This document shows, piece by piece, positions 52,142 to 53,729 of a stretch of DNA of 53,729 nucleotides. The stretch is from IMG/VR virus record IMGVR_UViG_3300036846_000650, positions 1-53,729 of that record; one strand, written 5' to 3'. The position numbers and the translations under genes were made by a program. This DNA comes from a virus. Lineage: Duplodnaviria > Caudoviricetes. The notes under the pieces are model-generated. The model saw nothing but the letters and a program-made list of their open reading frames with translations, was not told where the DNA came from and did not search any database. The first letter of the stretch is position 1. Every line of letters starts with the position of its first letter.

Positions 52142-53722
52142 ATGTCTGACAATCCGTCGGCTGGACGCCCGCGCGTGCGCGTGCCGGCGGGTGGCGCGCC
52201 ATACGTGAATAATCGCACGCAGACCTTCGACAGCGTCAGCAACTTCGCTGCGCGTATCGGCATCGGCAATCCGAATCTGCTGTCGGAGACCAGCTACAGC
52301 TACATCCCTATTTCGCGTTTGCAACAGTTGATGGAGTGGATGTATCGCTCCTCGTGGATCGTCGGTGCGGCGGTGGACGCAGTGGCAGACGACATGACCA
52401 GGGCGGGCGTCACCTTCAATTCCGACACGCCGCCGGACGACATCGAGGAAATCCTCAAGGCGGCGTCCGACCTCGATCTGTGGCAGATGCTCAATCAGGC
52501 GATCAAGTGGGGCAGGCTGTATGGCGGCGGCCTGATGGTGATGCTGATCGACGGTCAGGACTTCGCCACCGAGCTTGATCCGGACAGCATATCCGAGGAC
52601 CAGTTGAAGGGCTTCACCGTGCTGGACCGCTGGATGGTGCAGCAGAGCTTCAATGAATTGGTCACTGACTATGGGCCCGACTACGGCCTGCCGAAATTCT
52701 ATGACGTGATCGCCACCGCGCCCTTTATGCCGCGGATGCGGGTGCACTATTCGCGGGTGGTGCGGATCGACGGGGTGAGCCTGCCATTCCGGCAAAGGCT
52801 GGCGGAAAATGGCTGGGGCATGTCGGTCATCGAGCGCTTGTATGACCGGCTGGTGGCGTTTGATTCCGGCACCATGGGTGCGGCGCAGCTTTTATACAAA
52901 GCCTATTTGCGGACCTACAAGGTAAAGGACTTTCGCCGGCTGGTAGCGATCGGTGGTGAGGCCACCGAGGGATTTCACAAGGCGATGGAATTGATGCGGA
53001 TGCTCCAGTCTAACGAGGGGCTGACGGTCATTGACATGGAGGACGAATTCGAGACCCATGAGTACAGTTTCGGCGGTGTTTCAGAGACGCTGCTGATGCT
53101 GGGCCAGCAGATATCCGGTGCGCTGGGCATCCCGCTGGTGCGTTTGTTTGGTCAGTCACCCGCGGGCCTTAACAGCACCGGCGACAGCGACTGGCGCAAC
53201 TATGAGACGATGGTGAATGCGACCCAGGAGGCCAGACTGCGCCGGCCGCTCACCACGGTCTTCAAGGTGCTGTGGCGCAGCACACTGGGCACTGACCCGC
53301 CGCCGACCTTTGGCTTCAAGTTTAATCCGCTGACCGTGCTCACCGAGGCAGAGAAGGCCGAGATCGCGCAACGCGATGCGGATACGATCAAGCTGCTGCA
53401 CGACGGCGGGGTGATCACCACAACTATTGCGTTGAAGGAATTAAAGCAGTCATCGGTGGTGACTGGGCGCTTCACCAACATACAGGAATCCGACATCAAA
53501 GATAGTGAGGAAGCTCCGGCTCCATGGGAGCAGCCACCTCCAGGTCAGGGCTTGCCTGGAATGCCCGGTGCGCCGGGCGCTGCGGGGGCCGCAGGCGGCA
53601 AGGGCGGCGCACCCGGTGCCAACGTGCCGGGCGTGCCAGGGGGCACTCCACCGCCTCCTGGCAAGTCTAACGGGGCCGGTCTACAGGTGCATGTCCACCA
53701 AGCCGGCAGCGACGATGACTGA
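52142..53722 (+). CDS. Portal protein (DUF1073 type) with Pro/Gly-rich tail
   Basis: YRSSWI...VD..ADDMTR, WGRLYGG, VHYSRV, IPLVRLFGQSPAGLNSTG and FNPL motifs. Confidence 0.93.
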   Translation: MSDNPSAGRPRVRVPAGGAPYVNNRTQTFDSVSNFAARIGIGNPNLLSETSYSYIPISRLQQLMEWMYRSSWIVGAAVDAVADDMTRAGVTFNSDTPPDDIEEILKAASDLDLWQMLNQAIKWGRLYGGGLMVMLIDGQDFATELDPDSISEDQLKGFTVLDRWMVQQSFNELVTDYGPDYGLPKFYDVIATAPFMPRMRVHYSRVVRIDGVSLPFRQRLAENGWGMSVIERLYDRLVAFDSGTMGAAQLLYKAYLRTYKVKDFRRLVAIGGEATEGFHKAMELMRMLQSNEGLTVIDMEDEFETHEYSFGGVSETLLMLGQQISGALGIPLVRLFGQSPAGLNSTGDSDWRNYETMVNATQEARLRRPLTTVFKVLWRSTLGTDPPPTFGFKFNPLTVLTEAEKAEIAQRDADTIKLLHDGGVITTTIALKELKQSSVVTGRFTNIQESDIKDSEEAPAPWEQPPPGQGLPGMPGAPGAAGAAGGKGGAPGANVPGVPGGTPPPPGKSNGAGLQVHVHQAGSDDD

Positions 53723-53729
53723 GACGCCG

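Noticed and set aside
52142-53722. Anti-CBASS Acb1 call for the DUF1073 gene
   Set aside because: Position after terL and the motifs indicate a portal; no 2H phosphoesterase domain is evident.

Overview
The whole window reads as most of one GC-rich tailed-phage genome. It is a myovirus-type phage with a contractile tail, probably of a soil alphaproteobacterium, judging by a GapR-like gene, PEP-CTERM genes and a sigma-54 promoter. The window is circularly permuted. It opens inside a fibre gene, then runs through neck, sheath, tube, tape-measure, baseplate and fibre genes plus a Tae3-like amidase (1-20.7 kb). Recombination and replication genes follow (RecT, RuvC-like, ParB-like, MT-A70 methylase, HTH initiator with iterons, primase-helicase; 20.7-34.6 kb), then an accessory region with two PEP-CTERM surface proteins (34.6-40.7 kb). 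Leftward early operons share a promoter plus leader-hairpin motif (40.7-49.4 kb), and the window ends with terminase and portal genes (49.8-53.7 kb). Capsid genes, an integrase, tRNAs and CRISPR arrays are not visible. The most notable observations are: a phage PEP-CTERM cassette with its own sigma-54/IHF/enhancer-like promoter; a tail sheath with one domain apparently nested inside itself three times; a repeated 5'-leader hairpin with an invariant CAAUUCCG loop; a ~300-nt structured non-coding RNA candidate; a 46-aa TonB-like mini-protein; and Acb2/Tad1-like sponge candidates. Family names come from motif recognition by eye; no searches were run.
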